A DNA stretch of 64,000 bases, taken from assembly GCA_947302485.1 (NCBI GenBank), contig CAMYVO010000001.1, positions 64,273 to 128,272 on the forward strand, read 5' to 3'. Positions 20,199 through 31,045 of the stretch are shown piece by piece; position 1 is the stretch's first letter, and every line of letters starts with the position of its first letter. The notes under the pieces were generated by a model that did not search any database, had not been told where the DNA came from, and saw only the letters and a list, made by a program, of their open reading frames with translations. The position numbers and the translations under genes were made by a program. Source of the DNA: an uncultured Clostridium sp. (GTDB lineage Bacteria; Bacillota; Clostridia; TANB77; CAG-508).

Positions 20199-21887
20199 CT
20201 ATATTGATTTCATAATATCTTTTAAATTTAACTGTATTATATCTGTTCCATTAAAATGATTAATCTCTAGATATCCTACAATATCAATTTTATCTCCAAT
20301 TAAATAATCTTGTGCTAAATTTCCCATGTTAAATCCTATTGCATTAATTGTTTTATTTTTATCTTTTAAAGTGAGTTTTAAATGTCTTCCTTCTGAAATA
20401 GCACGAATCGAATCTATTTTCAATCCTTTATATACAAAAAGAGGTTTTTTATTTGCTTCGCCAAAAGGTTCAAGTAATTTAAGTTCTTCTATTGTATTAA
20501 AATTAAAATCTTTTTCTGTTATTTGAACATCTATGTATATTATAGGTGTAATTTCTTTTACATTTTCTTTATTTGCATATTCTTCAAATTCTTTTTTAAA
20601 ATTATTAAACTCTTCTTTTTTAAGGCTTAACCCTACAGCCATTTCATGTCCACCATATTTTTCAAGATGATTACTACAACTACATAGTGCTTCATGTAGA
20701 TCAAATCCTGGAACGCTTCTTCCAGAGCCTTTAGCTTCATCCTCTTCAAAACATATTAAAATACTCGGCTTAAAATACATTTCTGTAATTTTTGAAGAAA
20801 CAATTCCAATTACTCCATGATGCCAACCTTCATGTCCTAAAACAATAGCATTATTATTATATTCTTTATTTTTATCTATCATTTCAATAGCTTGCTTAAA
20901 AATTTCTTTTTCAGTATCTTGGCGAATTTTATTGTATTCGTTTAATTTTTTAGTAAGTTCTTTTACTTCATTGATATCTTCACTTAAAAATAATTTTAAA
21001 GCATCTTCTTCATGTCCCATTCTTCCACATGCATTTATTCTTGGTGCAATTCCAAATGAAACCGTATTTGAATCAATTTGAGTATATCCTGATATTTTTA
21101 ATAATCCTTTAAGTCCTAAATTCCTTGTCATAGCTACTAATTTAAGTCCAAGTTTTGCAATTACTCTATTTTCATCTACTAATGGAACTATATCAGATAT
21201 TGTACCAATACAAACTAAATCCAAGTATTTTAAATATTCTTTATCTTCTAGACATAATTTTTTCGATAATCCTTGTATCAACTTAAATACAACTCCAACT
21301 CCAGCAAGTTGGTTAAATGGATACTTATTATCTTTTCTTTTTGCATCAATTACAGCTACAGCATTGGGTAGTTTATCTAATGGTTCATGATGATCCGTTA
21401 TAATGACTTCTATACCTAATGAATTTGCATATTCAACTTCTTCAATACTTGAGATTCCGCAGTCTACAGTTATAATTAAAGTATAGTCTTTAGATGCAAT
21501 TTCATCAATTGCTTTTTTATTTAAACCATATCCTTCTTTTAATCTATTAGGAATATATGTATCAACATTTAAACCTCTTCCATCTAAAAATTTTTTCAGG
21601 ACAGTTGTACTTGTAATTCCATCTACATCATAGTCTCCATATATTATAACTTTTTCTTTATTATTTATTGCTTTTATTATTCTATCTGTTCCTTCTTCTA
21701 TATCTGGCAGAGAAAATGGATCATAAAAATCATCTCTTGTTGGCTCTAAAAATATTCGAACATCTTCTTCATTTATTAGTCCTCTACTTACTAAAACAGA
21801 ACTTATTAATTCATTTATATGAAATTCATCGGATATTTCTTTTACTTTTTTTTGATCGATTTTTCTATACTCCCACTTTTTATTCAT
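20199..21887 (-). CDS. recJ: single-stranded-DNA-specific exonuclease RecJ
   Basis: DHH/DHHA1 motifs (…IIYGDYDVDGITS…, …DHH…). Confidence 0.9.
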   Translation of the reverse strand: MNKKWEYRKIDQKKVKEISDEFHINELISSVLVSRGLINEEDVRIFLEPTRDDFYDPFSLPDIEEGTDRIIKAINNKEKVIIYGDYDVDGITSTTVLKKFLDGRGLNVDTYIPNRLKEGYGLNKKAIDEIASKDYTLIITVDCGISSIEEVEYANSLGIEVIITDHHEPLDKLPNAVAVIDAKRKDNKYPFNQLAGVGVVFKLIQGLSKKLCLEDKEYLKYLDLVCIGTISDIVPLVDENRVIAKLGLKLVAMTRNLGLKGLLKISGYTQIDSNTVSFGIAPRINACGRMGHEEDALKLFLSEDINEVKELTKKLNEYNKIRQDTEKEIFKQAIEMIDKNKEYNNNAIVLGHEGWHHGVIGIVSSKITEMYFKPSILICFEEDEAKGSGRSVPGFDLHEALCSCSNHLEKYGGHEMAVGLSLKKEEFNNFKKEFEEYANKENVKEITPIIYIDVQITEKDFNFNTIEELKLLEPFGEANKKPLFVYKGLKIDSIRAISEGRHLKLTLKDKNKTINAIGFNMGNLAQDYLIGDKIDIVGYLEINHFNGTDIIQLNLKDIMKSI

Positions 21888-21955
21888 TATTCCTCTCCTA
21901 ATATTACAATTTTCTACTATTGTATACTATTTTTATATATTTTAAAAGAGGTTTT

Positions 21956-22006
21956 ATGAAATTTATTACAAGAACAAATCTCGCTTCGCGAGAGCTTTGG
22001 TTTTAA
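21956..22006 (+). CDS. candidate 16-codon plus-strand ORF (MKFITRTNLASRELWF) ahead of tandem hairpins
   Basis: SD aaaagagg 4 nt before the ATG. Followed by perfect hairpins at 22057-22093, 22104-22136 and 22148-22181. Confidence 0.25.
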   Translation: MKFITRTNLASRELWF

Positions 22007-22056
22007 TTAAACTTTTTCTATAATTATAATAAACTCTTAAGAAGCGTAAAGATTTG

Positions 22057-22093
22057 TTGCACAGAAAAATTGCAAAGCAATTTTTCTGTGCAA
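22057..22093 (+). terminator. perfect 17-bp-stem hairpin followed by a T-run on the plus strand
   Basis: ttgcacagaaaaattgc aaa gcaatttttctgtgcaa, then tgtatttttg. Confidence 0.5.
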
Positions 22094-22284
22094 TGTATTT
22101 TTGTTGAATAGAAAAGTCTTCGATTTTTTCTATTCAAGAGCAAATTTAAAAAATCAAAAGAAAATTATTTCTTTTGATTTTTTAGAATTTCATTATATAT
22201 ACTTTTTCTGTAAAATTTTCATAACTATCTATTTTATCATCTATATATGCATAGCTATCATTTACATATCCTGATGAATATAAA

Positions 22285-22983
22285 TTAAATTTTTAATATT
22301 GTTAATGATATTATGCTATATATAATTACTTTTAATATAACATTTCTAATCAAACTATAATTTGTTGCAGGTATTCCTAATAAATTTATCTTATCATATT
22401 CTTTTATAAGCATTTCTCTTTCTTCTTTTGTTCCAATACTATTTTTCTCTAAATAATCTTTTGCTAAAAATCTTGCTTTTATCATTGCATCTGTTTCTAG
22501 ATAACTTTTTAATATATATTGAATTAAACCTAGTACAGAAAGTATAACCAGAAAAATTATAGGATTTTTTATAACTTTAAATATTGTTATTGCAGATATT
22601 ACAGCAAAATATAGTAAATATATATTTGAAATAATATATTGCGCCCAAAGTGTTTTTTTATTTTGTATTGAATGTAAACACTCATGCGCCATCGTCTGAA
22701 CCCTTGAAAATGTATCCGATACATTTGCAACAATTATTTTATTTCCTTGTACTAAATATAAACAAGTTTTACTTTCTTTATCCTCTTCTATTTTTACACT
22801 TTCATTACCAAGCATTTTTAGTATTGCTTTTACTATTGTAATATTATCTGGAAATTTACTAACTATTTTATCTAACTTCTCATTTTTAGCAAGCAATTTT
22901 ATTTGTTTTAAATCATATCCTAACACAATTCTTAAGAATATTAAAATCAAAATACATACTATTATTGTGACAATATAAATCAT
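22285..22983 (-). CDS. membrane protein with an HExxH zinc-metalloprotease motif
   Basis: …TMAHECLHSIQN… between TM helices. Start taken at MIYIV with SD ggaggaaaatataATG. Confidence 0.5.
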   Translation of the reverse strand: MIYIVTIIVCILILIFLRIVLGYDLKQIKLLAKNEKLDKIVSKFPDNITIVKAILKMLGNESVKIEEDKESKTCLYLVQGNKIIVANVSDTFSRVQTMAHECLHSIQNKKTLWAQYIISNIYLLYFAVISAITIFKVIKNPIIFLVILSVLGLIQYILKSYLETDAMIKARFLAKDYLEKNSIGTKEEREMLIKEYDKINLLGIPATNYSLIRNVILKVIIYSIISLTILKI

Positions 22984-23125
22984 TATATTTTCCTCCTTCA
23001 TATGTGCTATGCACTCCACCACATAAAAAAATCGTTTTGCATAAGAACACACCCATATATTGGGCATTCCTAATAAAAACGATTTTTTAAAATAATAACT
23101 ATTTTTATTTATTATAATAAACTTT

Positions 23126-23461
23126 TTATCCTATTACATCTTGAACTGCTTCACCTATAATTTTATTTACATCACTTAATAAAACATTAAATTTTAATTC
23201 TGCATCAAAATATCTTTTTGTTACATCATTTTGAATTAATTTCATGTATATTTTTTGCATATTCTCTGTTTTTTCCTTATCCTGTTCTTTTCCTTGCATT
23301 ACGTCTAATTGAATTTCATATCTTGCTTTTTCAAATTCATCTAATTTAGATTTTAAATCTATATTTTGCTTTAATTCTTCTTTTACTTTTTTATAATCTA
23401 GATATTCTTTTGATGACTTCAGCTCTTGTGCCAATTTATTTGCTGTATCGTATACGTTCAT
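23126..23461 (-). CDS. ylbF: YlbF/YmcA family regulatory protein
   Basis: 111 aa, YlbF-like helical protein (UPF0342 family). Confidence 0.7.
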   Translation of the reverse strand: MNVYDTANKLAQELKSSKEYLDYKKVKEELKQNIDLKSKLDEFEKARYEIQLDVMQGKEQDKEKTENMQKIYMKLIQNDVTKRYFDAELKFNVLLSDVNKIIGEAVQDVIG

Positions 23462-23643
23462 TGATTATCTCCTCCTTCGGGCGTTTCCTGCACGCCCCTA
23501 TGTTTTCTCGTACAGATATTTGTTTTCTGCTAAATATTAAAACTCTAAAAAATAATATTATTTTTTAAACGATTATTAAGTCAATGTACTATTAGGCGGA
23601 CATCACTACATTTTTTTGTTTCATTTATCTAAATTTACAGTAA

Positions 23644-24936
23644 TTATGCATAAGCTTGTCTTTTTCTAAATTTTAGTAAGTTGTTTAATTCTCCCTCACC
23701 ATTTTTTACTTTATTTGTTTTTCTTGCTTTTTCTTGTTCAAGTTGTTTAAGCTGTCTATCAGCTACAGTTTCGCAAATTGCTTTTTGATATACAAAATGA
23801 GTATCTTGTGCAACTTTAGTCCAGTTATATTTATCTTTTATTTTTTGTTTTGCATTTTTTACTATCTTATCTGCTAATTGGTAATCATATAGCAAAGTCA
23901 AGATAGAATCTGCAATCGAATTAGGATTCCCTGCATAGCTTTTCATCCCATTAACTCCATGATCAACTATTTCATTTAACCCACCAATATCAGAAACAAC
24001 TACTGGTAATCCGGCAAGCATTGCTTCTAATGCCACTATTCCAAAAGGTTCATATGTACTTGGAAATACTGCTATATCTGCACACTTATACATTTTGAAT
24101 AACTTTTTGTGATCTAAGTAACCTGTAAAATAAACTTTATTTCCAAGTCCTAAATAATCTACTTGCTGCTTTAATTCATCTAACATACCACCCTTACCTA
24201 CAATTACTAACTTAGCATCATAATAATTCTGTATAATCTTTGGCATAGCAGCAATTAAATGTTGAATTCCTTTTTCATAAACTAGTCTACCCGAAAATAA
24301 GATTATTTTTTCGTTATCCATTGCATATTGTCTTCTGAAATCATAATCTTTTTCTATCCCACTGTAGTTGGTTAAGTTTATTGCATTTGGTACTACACTA
24401 ATTTTTTCAAAAGGTAAACCAAATAGCCTTTGTAACTCATTTTTCATATAATTGCTATTTACAATTACTTCTGTTGATTCGTATGTAAGCATCCATTCTG
24501 TATCATTTATATATCTTTGTACTTCATCGTGTATTCCGCTATTTCTTCCTGATTCCGTTGCATGAATAGTTGATACAATGGGAATATTGTAGGAATTTTT
24601 TAATGTTTTTGCACTTGCTGCAACTAACCAATCATGTGCATGAATCACATCAAATTTCCCCTCTTTTGCTATAATCTCACTTGCTTTTGCTACTAAATTA
24701 AAATTCAGTTGTAATACCCAATCAATAAAATTGTTTGGATTAATCATAAAGTTATCTGCCCTATATACTTTTACTCCCTTATCATTTTCAAAATATGGAA
24801 CATCCCCTTCTTTATATGTAACTACAGTAACATCATGTCCATCTTTTATTAAACGTTTTGACAAATCATGAACTACTCTAGCTATTCCCCCTACAATTCT
24901 AGGTGGATATTCCCAAGTTAGCATTAGTATTTTCAT
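23644..24936 (-). CDS. family 4 glycosyltransferase
   Basis: GT4 / Glycos_transf_1 motifs (…MLTWEYPP…, …EPFGIVALEAM…). Confidence 0.85.
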   Translation of the reverse strand: MKILMLTWEYPPRIVGGIARVVHDLSKRLIKDGHDVTVVTYKEGDVPYFENDKGVKVYRADNFMINPNNFIDWVLQLNFNLVAKASEIIAKEGKFDVIHAHDWLVAASAKTLKNSYNIPIVSTIHATESGRNSGIHDEVQRYINDTEWMLTYESTEVIVNSNYMKNELQRLFGLPFEKISVVPNAINLTNYSGIEKDYDFRRQYAMDNEKIILFSGRLVYEKGIQHLIAAMPKIIQNYYDAKLVIVGKGGMLDELKQQVDYLGLGNKVYFTGYLDHKKLFKMYKCADIAVFPSTYEPFGIVALEAMLAGLPVVVSDIGGLNEIVDHGVNGMKSYAGNPNSIADSILTLLYDYQLADKIVKNAKQKIKDKYNWTKVAQDTHFVYQKAICETVADRQLKQLEQEKARKTNKVKNGEGELNNLLKFRKRQAYA

Positions 24937-25061
24937 GCGCAAAAGCCCCCTTTTTTGTTATCTTTTGTTTTATTATAAATATTCTATACAAAATTTTTAC
25001 AATTGTAAACACCATTCGTTAAAAAATATCATAATTTTTACAAATATATTATATCGTTAAA

Positions 25062-25103
25062 AAAGGAAACATTCTAATTTTAAAATTAGAATGTTTCCTT
25101 TTT
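25062..25103 (-). terminator. perfect 20-bp-stem terminator after the lipoprotein gene
   Basis: aaaggaaacattctaatttt / aaaattagaatgtttccttt. Confidence 0.65.
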
Positions 25104-25106
25104 ATT

Positions 25107-26027
25107 CTATTCCTTATCTTCTTTTTTTTCAATTTTTTTGTCTTCTTCTTTTTTTACTGTTTTAGTTATTTTTTTAGGAGCTGGTTTTTGAACTTTCTCC
25201 TCTTCTTTTTTTACTTCCTTATTTTCTTCTTTTTTTACATTCTCCTCTTTTTTAGGAGTAACAGCTCCTTTTTTAGGTGCTATACTTACTTCTTTTTTGT
25301 TATTTTTATTTTTATTTTTAGTTCCCATTACTACAATGATTAGAACTATTATAACAACTAAACATATAATACCTCCAATTAGTATAGTATTTAAATTTTC
25401 AGAAGCTTCAAAATTAACTTCATTTACCTCTCCTGGAGTTAATATCCACTCTAATACTTTTCCATCTTCTGAAACTGTTGTAGCATTATTATTCCCTACT
25501 TTAAAAGGTAATGTTACCTTATAGCTAAATTTCATTTGTCGTAATACCATGTTCATTATATTAGATGTTTCATTATCTCCACTTTCATTTTTAATTGATG
25601 TTAAATCAATTTTTGAATTTTGAGATACTTTAGTATTTAATAATATTTTTTCAAATAGAATTTCATTATTTTGATCTTTTTGTGCTATTTTTGTATCTCC
25701 AACATTATTCATCTTAAAGTCTGAAATATTATCAAAATGTTTGCTTGCTTTAAATCCTGCTATATTATCATCATTGTAGTCTTCTATTGCATATCCATCT
25801 TCTATTGCCTTATTTTTCATGTCATCAAATGCATCTGCTCCAAGATCTTCTTCTGTAACTCCCATACTATTCAAGAATTCTTTATCATATCCCATAACAT
25901 ATGATACGTCTGCACTTCCATTTTTATTCACAGATACTTCATAATTTACTCTTGCACATCCACTTAAACAAATCACCATCACTACTACTACTAAAATAAT
26001 TAGTAATTCCTTAACCATTTTTTTCAT
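25107..26027 (-). CDS. lipoprotein with a C-terminal TM anchor and K/E-rich tail
   Basis: Signal peptide plus lipobox LSGC, a late TM helix, then KKEEEK low-complexity sequence. Confidence 0.6.
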   Translation of the reverse strand: MKKMVKELLIILVVVVMVICLSGCARVNYEVSVNKNGSADVSYVMGYDKEFLNSMGVTEEDLGADAFDDMKNKAIEDGYAIEDYNDDNIAGFKASKHFDNISDFKMNNVGDTKIAQKDQNNEILFEKILLNTKVSQNSKIDLTSIKNESGDNETSNIMNMVLRQMKFSYKVTLPFKVGNNNATTVSEDGKVLEWILTPGEVNEVNFEASENLNTILIGGIICLVVIIVLIIVVMGTKNKNKNNKKEVSIAPKKGAVTPKKEENVKKEENKEVKKEEEKVQKPAPKKITKTVKKEEDKKIEKKEDKE

Positions 26028-26151
26028 AGGTTTGCCTCCTTTAAATTTTTATGCTTTGACTATATCACTTTTTATATTATTTTGTCAATTTTTAAATTTA
26101 GATTTTTGTAATATTACATCCAGCTTAAATTTAGAAATATTGTAAAATTAT

Positions 26152-27156
26152 CTATACAATATATATAATCCTATTATTAGGAAAATATTCTCTCATTTGT
26201 TCTCTAAAAAATCTCTCAGCTTCGTCTTTTATCTCTTTTCTATACATATACTTTCCTCTACCTCTTCCCGTCATTTCGTCACTATTATATAAGTTAATTG
26301 CATTGGGAAAAGCTTCTTCATTAATTTTTCTATGCACGTAACTATATGTCATAAATATAAGTTCAAAAAAAACATCATTTTTTACATCATTAGATAAATT
26401 ATCATTCAAGTTTTTTATTAACTCTAGATATTTTCCTTTCCAATCATCTACTAAAACAATTGGTGCTATTATAATCCCAACTATATATCCACTCGCCTTT
26501 AATTTATTAATTGCCTTTATTCTATTTTCTAAGCTTGAAGTTCCAAATTCTACTTTTCTTATAATTTCTTCCGGATTAACACTCATTCTAACTATAATTC
26601 TTTCTTTATGATCTAAATTTAATATTGAGTCTACCATATCAAACTTTGTCGGAAAAGTTAAATATCCTTTTTCCTCTTTTGCAAATTTTGGAATAGTCCA
26701 TTCCAAATTTCCAGTAATAGTATTTTCTAGAATTAAATCGCTATTACTTCCTATTTCAAAAGTCAAATCTTTTTCACTATTATTTGAAGTTTTAATTATT
26801 TTATCTAGCATTTGTTCTCTATTTACATATAGTCTTAAATATGAACACTTATTATAGTTACATACAAGATAACAATATAAACACATTGCAGTACACCCAG
26901 AAGATGTATATGGAACTAAAAAATCAGATGTCTTATGATTTGGTACAAATTTATGGGTTTTTCTTACACCAATTATCAAATTTTGTTTTAATTTTGGAAA
27001 TTCAGAATTTGATTTTTTTCTCATGGATTCTATATTGTTATGATTCTCTATTATACTCATAGGAATATTGTATTTTTTATATTTGTTTAATAATTTTTTC
27101 CCAAGCTCATAATTTTGGATTTCTTTTTCATAATAAATAGCTTTCGGTAAAAACAT
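26152..27156 (-). CDS. splB: spore photoproduct lyase
   Basis: Radical SAM motif SGCTAMCLYCYL. Collinear with B. subtilis SplB: …LIIGVRKTHKF…, …IIAPIVL…, …VFFELIFMTY…, …GRGKYMYRKE…, …YFPNNRIIYIV. Confidence 0.9.
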   Translation of the reverse strand: MFLPKAIYYEKEIQNYELGKKLLNKYKKYNIPMSIIENHNNIESMRKKSNSEFPKLKQNLIIGVRKTHKFVPNHKTSDFLVPYTSSGCTAMCLYCYLVCNYNKCSYLRLYVNREQMLDKIIKTSNNSEKDLTFEIGSNSDLILENTITGNLEWTIPKFAKEEKGYLTFPTKFDMVDSILNLDHKERIIVRMSVNPEEIIRKVEFGTSSLENRIKAINKLKASGYIVGIIIAPIVLVDDWKGKYLELIKNLNDNLSNDVKNDVFFELIFMTYSYVHRKINEEAFPNAINLYNSDEMTGRGRGKYMYRKEIKDEAERFFREQMREYFPNNRIIYIV

Positions 27157-27218
27157 TTTATCCTCCTTAAAAGTATTTTTACCGAAAGCTTTATAAATAT
27201 GCTTATTTAATTTCTATT

Positions 27219-28928
27219 TTACATTCTATTTGGCATTTTCATACCAAGTAATGAAGCTCCTAATTTTAAAACAATTCCTGAAGCATAAGTAAGGTATAAT
27301 CTTGCATCTTGAACATTTTTATCTTCTCCAATAATTTTGTGTTCATTATAAAACTTGCTATAACTTTGTGCTAAATCTATAAGGAATCTTGCAATAATTG
27401 AAGGTTCGTTTTTATCTGCTGCAAGTTTAACCCTATCTGAGAAACTATTTAATAGCTTTATAATCTGAATACTTTCATCATCCAATAGCTCTTTAGTATT
27501 TACACTACTTAATGCAGGTATATATCCAGCATTCTCAAGAACACTTTTTGTTCTAACATAAATATATTGAATATATGGACCTGTTTCTCCTTGAAAATTT
27601 AATACTGTATCCCAATCAAATATTTCATCCTTAATTCTTGAATTTGATAAATCATTAAAAATTACTGCTCCAATACCTATTATTTTAGCTGTTTTCTCTT
27701 TTTCTATCATGTTAGGATTTTTTTCATCTATTATTTCTTTTACTCTTGTAATTGATTCATTAAGTAGATCTTCAAGTTTTACAATATTACCTTCTCTTGT
27801 AGACATTTTTCCAGTTTTTAAAAGTACCATACCAAACGGAACATGTATTAGACCATTTGAATATTTTGAATCTAAATTCAAATATTTAGCTACTTCAAAA
27901 ACCTGTTTAAAATGTAAAACTTGTTCATATGATGTAACATAAATTGCTTTTTCGAAGTCATATGTCCTTGCTCTATACAGAATTGCTGCTAAATCTCTTG
28001 TTGCATATGTTGAAGAGCCATTAGATTTAATTATTAAACAAGGTGGCATATCTTTTTCTTTTAAATCAACTACTTTTGCTCCTTGTGATTCTATTAATTT
28101 TCCATTCTTTTTTAATAAATCAATTACTTCTGGCATTCTATCGGTATAAAATGCTTCGCCGTTCCATGAATCAAACTCACTATCTAAAAGTTTATAAATA
28201 TTTTCAAATTCTTTAAGGCTTAAATTTCTAAACTTGTCCCATATCTCCAAGCAATATGAATCTCCCTCTTCTAGCATCTTAAAGTTATTTCTACACTCTT
28301 GTAATACATCTTCATCATTTTTACATAATTCATTAATTCTAACATAGATTTTAGTTAATTCCTCGATTGGATTATTATCTAAATTATACTCATTCCCCCA
28401 ACGTTTATATCCTTCAATTAGTTTACCAAATTGTGTACCATAATCTCCTAAATGATTTATTCCTATTACATTATATCCCAAGAATTTATATATTTTGTAT
28501 AAAGCACCACCTATTACTGTAGAACGCAAATGTCCAATATGAAATGGTTTTGCAATATTAGGAGCAGAATAATCTATAACAATGTTTCTTCCATTTCCCA
28601 TATCTGAAGAGCCAAACTCTTCTTTCTTTTTATCTATTTCTTCTAGTACAGCTTTTATAAACTGTTCTTTGTTTACAAAAAAATTTAAATATCCACCTTG
28701 AATTTGAACTTCTTGTATATAATTACTGTCAATTTCAATTTTACTTTTTATTTCCTCTGCAATTATATTTGGTGCTTTTTTTAAATCTTTTGCAAGTCTA
28801 AAACAAGGAAAGGCATAATCTCCCATTTTATTATCTGGAGGTATCTCTATATATTGTTCTATTACATCTTTTTGAATTTTTACAGTATTTGATATACTAT
28901 TTGCAATTTCTTCTTTATAATTAATCAT
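27219..28928 (-). CDS. argS: arginine--tRNA ligase
   Basis: Class I HIGH motif (PFHIGHLRS), KMSK variant (GKMSTREGN) and DALR anticodon-binding domain. Confidence 0.95.
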   Translation of the reverse strand: MINYKEEIANSISNTVKIQKDVIEQYIEIPPDNKMGDYAFPCFRLAKDLKKAPNIIAEEIKSKIEIDSNYIQEVQIQGGYLNFFVNKEQFIKAVLEEIDKKKEEFGSSDMGNGRNIVIDYSAPNIAKPFHIGHLRSTVIGGALYKIYKFLGYNVIGINHLGDYGTQFGKLIEGYKRWGNEYNLDNNPIEELTKIYVRINELCKNDEDVLQECRNNFKMLEEGDSYCLEIWDKFRNLSLKEFENIYKLLDSEFDSWNGEAFYTDRMPEVIDLLKKNGKLIESQGAKVVDLKEKDMPPCLIIKSNGSSTYATRDLAAILYRARTYDFEKAIYVTSYEQVLHFKQVFEVAKYLNLDSKYSNGLIHVPFGMVLLKTGKMSTREGNIVKLEDLLNESITRVKEIIDEKNPNMIEKEKTAKIIGIGAVIFNDLSNSRIKDEIFDWDTVLNFQGETGPYIQYIYVRTKSVLENAGYIPALSSVNTKELLDDESIQIIKLLNSFSDRVKLAADKNEPSIIARFLIDLAQSYSKFYNEHKIIGEDKNVQDARLYLTYASGIVLKLGASLLGMKMPNRM

Positions 28929-28987
28929 TTTTTCTCCTTTCCTAATACCAATTCATGTAGTTCTTTTGTATAATTTTAAGTTGAAAA

Positions 28988-29028
28988 AAGTTGCCTCAAA
29001 GAACCGTCCTAATTGGCAACTTTTTCTA
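28988..29028 (-). terminator. terminator after the 29.0-29.8 kb membrane protein gene
   Basis: Stem gttgcc/ggcaac plus a T-run on the minus transcript. Confidence 0.6.
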
Positions 29029-29031
29029 AAA

Positions 29032-29763
29032 TTATATTCTAATACCTAAGAAATTTATAACAAAAGCAGCTAAGAAATATATTCCTTGAATTATAACAAA
29101 TATTTTTATAAATTTGCCATCTTCTTTTTCGGCTAAAAGTTCTTTAATACCAAAGTATGCTAAAACAACTGATATTACATTACAAAAACGTGCAAATGGA
29201 GATGTAATCATACTCGCATTTGAACTTATATAAACTAATAGACTTACTAATTCTCCTATAACAACAGGTATCTTTGTTGCTATAACTGTTGTTATTATTG
29301 TTACTAAAGATTTTTTAGATTTTTTATTCATTATAAATATTGCAAGTGATAATACAATTATGCTTAATACTGGAGCAACTAATATTTTTATAAAGCCTAA
29401 TATATCTCTTCCCACACTCTTAAAAGATATATACCAGCCATAATATCCAGAAAATTTTGTACATAATGCATCAATTATAGCTATAACTGTCCATATAATA
29501 AAAATAAAAAGCGCTGTTTTAAAAAAACTATTTTTATTATCATTTGCAATATTTTTTAATGTTGCAATTGGTTTTTTAAATAATTCTGTAAATAATCCTT
29601 GTGTCTTTTTTGTTTCCTCTCTAAAGTTTACATTCTTTACAGTATCCTTAACTTGTTTTACAGTATTAACTGTCTCCTGTTTTAATTCATTTGTTGTTTC
29701 ATTTCTTGTAGCTTCTGTCTTATCTTCAGCTATCTTTTTTTCGTTTTCTTTTTCACTCATCTT
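29032..29763 (-). CDS. multi-pass membrane protein (Yip1-like?)
   Basis: Start taken at MSEKENEKK with SD aaaggagagaagaagATG. Hydrophilic N-terminus followed by four or five TM helices. Confidence 0.5.
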   Translation of the reverse strand, partial: KMSEKENEKKIAEDKTEATRNETTNELKQETVNTVKQVKDTVKNVNFREETKKTQGLFTELFKKPIATLKNIANDNKNSFFKTALFIFIIWTVIAIIDALCTKFSGYYGWYISFKSVGRDILGFIKILVAPVLSIIVLSLAIFIMNKKSKKSLVTIITTVIATKIPVVIGELVSLLVYISSNASMITSPFARFCNVISVVLAYFGIKELLAEKEDGKFIKIFVIIQGIYFLAAFVINFLGIRI

Positions 29764-29828
29764 CTTCTCTCCTTTTATTAAATATATATTATTATTGTTA
29801 AATAATATTCTTAAATCAATATAAACTT

Positions 29829-30965
29829 TTAATCTCCTAAGCATATTCCTATATTTCTTGCAGTTTTAACCAAATCATGATCCATTGTTACTTTTCTAAT
29901 ATTACTTTCTTTTGTATTGCCAGATACGGCACCAATTTCTTTGTTTTCTCCAACCACACATTCAAGTGGTACATCATCAAGTTTACCATCCTTTAATACA
30001 GTAAGAATACCAAATTTTCCTTCAAGTGCAAGTTCCATTGCCTTTGCACCATATTTAGTAGAAAGCACCCTATCAAATGCTGTTGGAGTTCCTCCTCTTT
30101 GCATATATCCAAGTGTTGTATTTCTTGCTTCTAGTCCTGTCAGTCTTTCAAGTTCTTTTGCAACTTTATCTCCAATTCCTCCAAGTTTTGTATTATCAAC
30201 ACCTTGTCCATTATTTCTTGTTGATTCTATTGTTATATCTCCATCTTTTGCTTTTGCTCCTTCTGCAACAACTACTACACTAAATCTTTTTCCTCTTTTT
30301 ATTCTTGAATTAATTTTTTCGACTACCTTTTCTATATTATATGGAATTTCTGGAATTAAAGCAACATCAGCTCCTCCAGCTATAGCTGATTCTAATGCTA
30401 TCCACCCAGCATATCTTCCCATAACTTCTAAAACCATAATTCTATGATGAGTCTCACCTGTTGTATGAAGTCTATCTAATGCTTCTGTTGCTACTGACAC
30501 AGCTGTATTATAACCAAACGTAATATCAGTACATGCAACATCATTGTCAATTGTTTTTGGAACTCCTATTACATTTAAGCCTCTCATATAAAAATCTCTT
30601 GCAGATTTTTGTGTTCCATCTCCACCTAAAGTAAAAATACAATCAAATCCATCATCTTTACAATTTTGCACACATTGTTCAGATAAATCCTTATATACTA
30701 CTTGTCCATTTTCTTCTACTTTATAATTAAATACATTTGCATTAGTTGAAGATCCTATTATTGAACCTCCTCTATGCAAAATACCTGAGGAAAGGTTTGT
30801 AAAATCAAGTCTTACAAACTCATTATTTAAAAGTCCTCTGTATCCTTCAATAAATCCATAACATTCAACACCATTATTTTCAGCTGTTTTTACAATACCA
30901 CGGATTACAGCATTAAATCCTGCAACATCTCCTCCATTGGCAAGTATAGCAACTTTTTTTACCAT
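29829..30965 (-). CDS. pfkA: 6-phosphofructokinase
   Basis: PFK family motifs (…GGDGT…, …IDNDV…, …MGRxAG…). Confidence 0.9.
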   Translation of the reverse strand: MVKKVAILANGGDVAGFNAVIRGIVKTAENNGVECYGFIEGYRGLLNNEFVRLDFTNLSSGILHRGGSIIGSSTNANVFNYKVEENGQVVYKDLSEQCVQNCKDDGFDCIFTLGGDGTQKSARDFYMRGLNVIGVPKTIDNDVACTDITFGYNTAVSVATEALDRLHTTGETHHRIMVLEVMGRYAGWIALESAIAGGADVALIPEIPYNIEKVVEKINSRIKRGKRFSVVVVAEGAKAKDGDITIESTRNNGQGVDNTKLGGIGDKVAKELERLTGLEARNTTLGYMQRGGTPTAFDRVLSTKYGAKAMELALEGKFGILTVLKDGKLDDVPLECVVGENKEIGAVSGNTKESNIRKVTMDHDLVKTARNIGICLGD

Positions 30966-31045
30966 ATAAACTCTCTCCTTTTCTTTTCATACATTATTAT
31001 TATACCAATAAATTAAAATTTTACAATATTTTTTATATAAAAATC

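Noticed and set aside
29917-30447. 176-aa Ser/Pro-rich plus-strand ORF
   Set aside because: Antisense to pfkA and low-complexity, with no SD. A spurious open frame.
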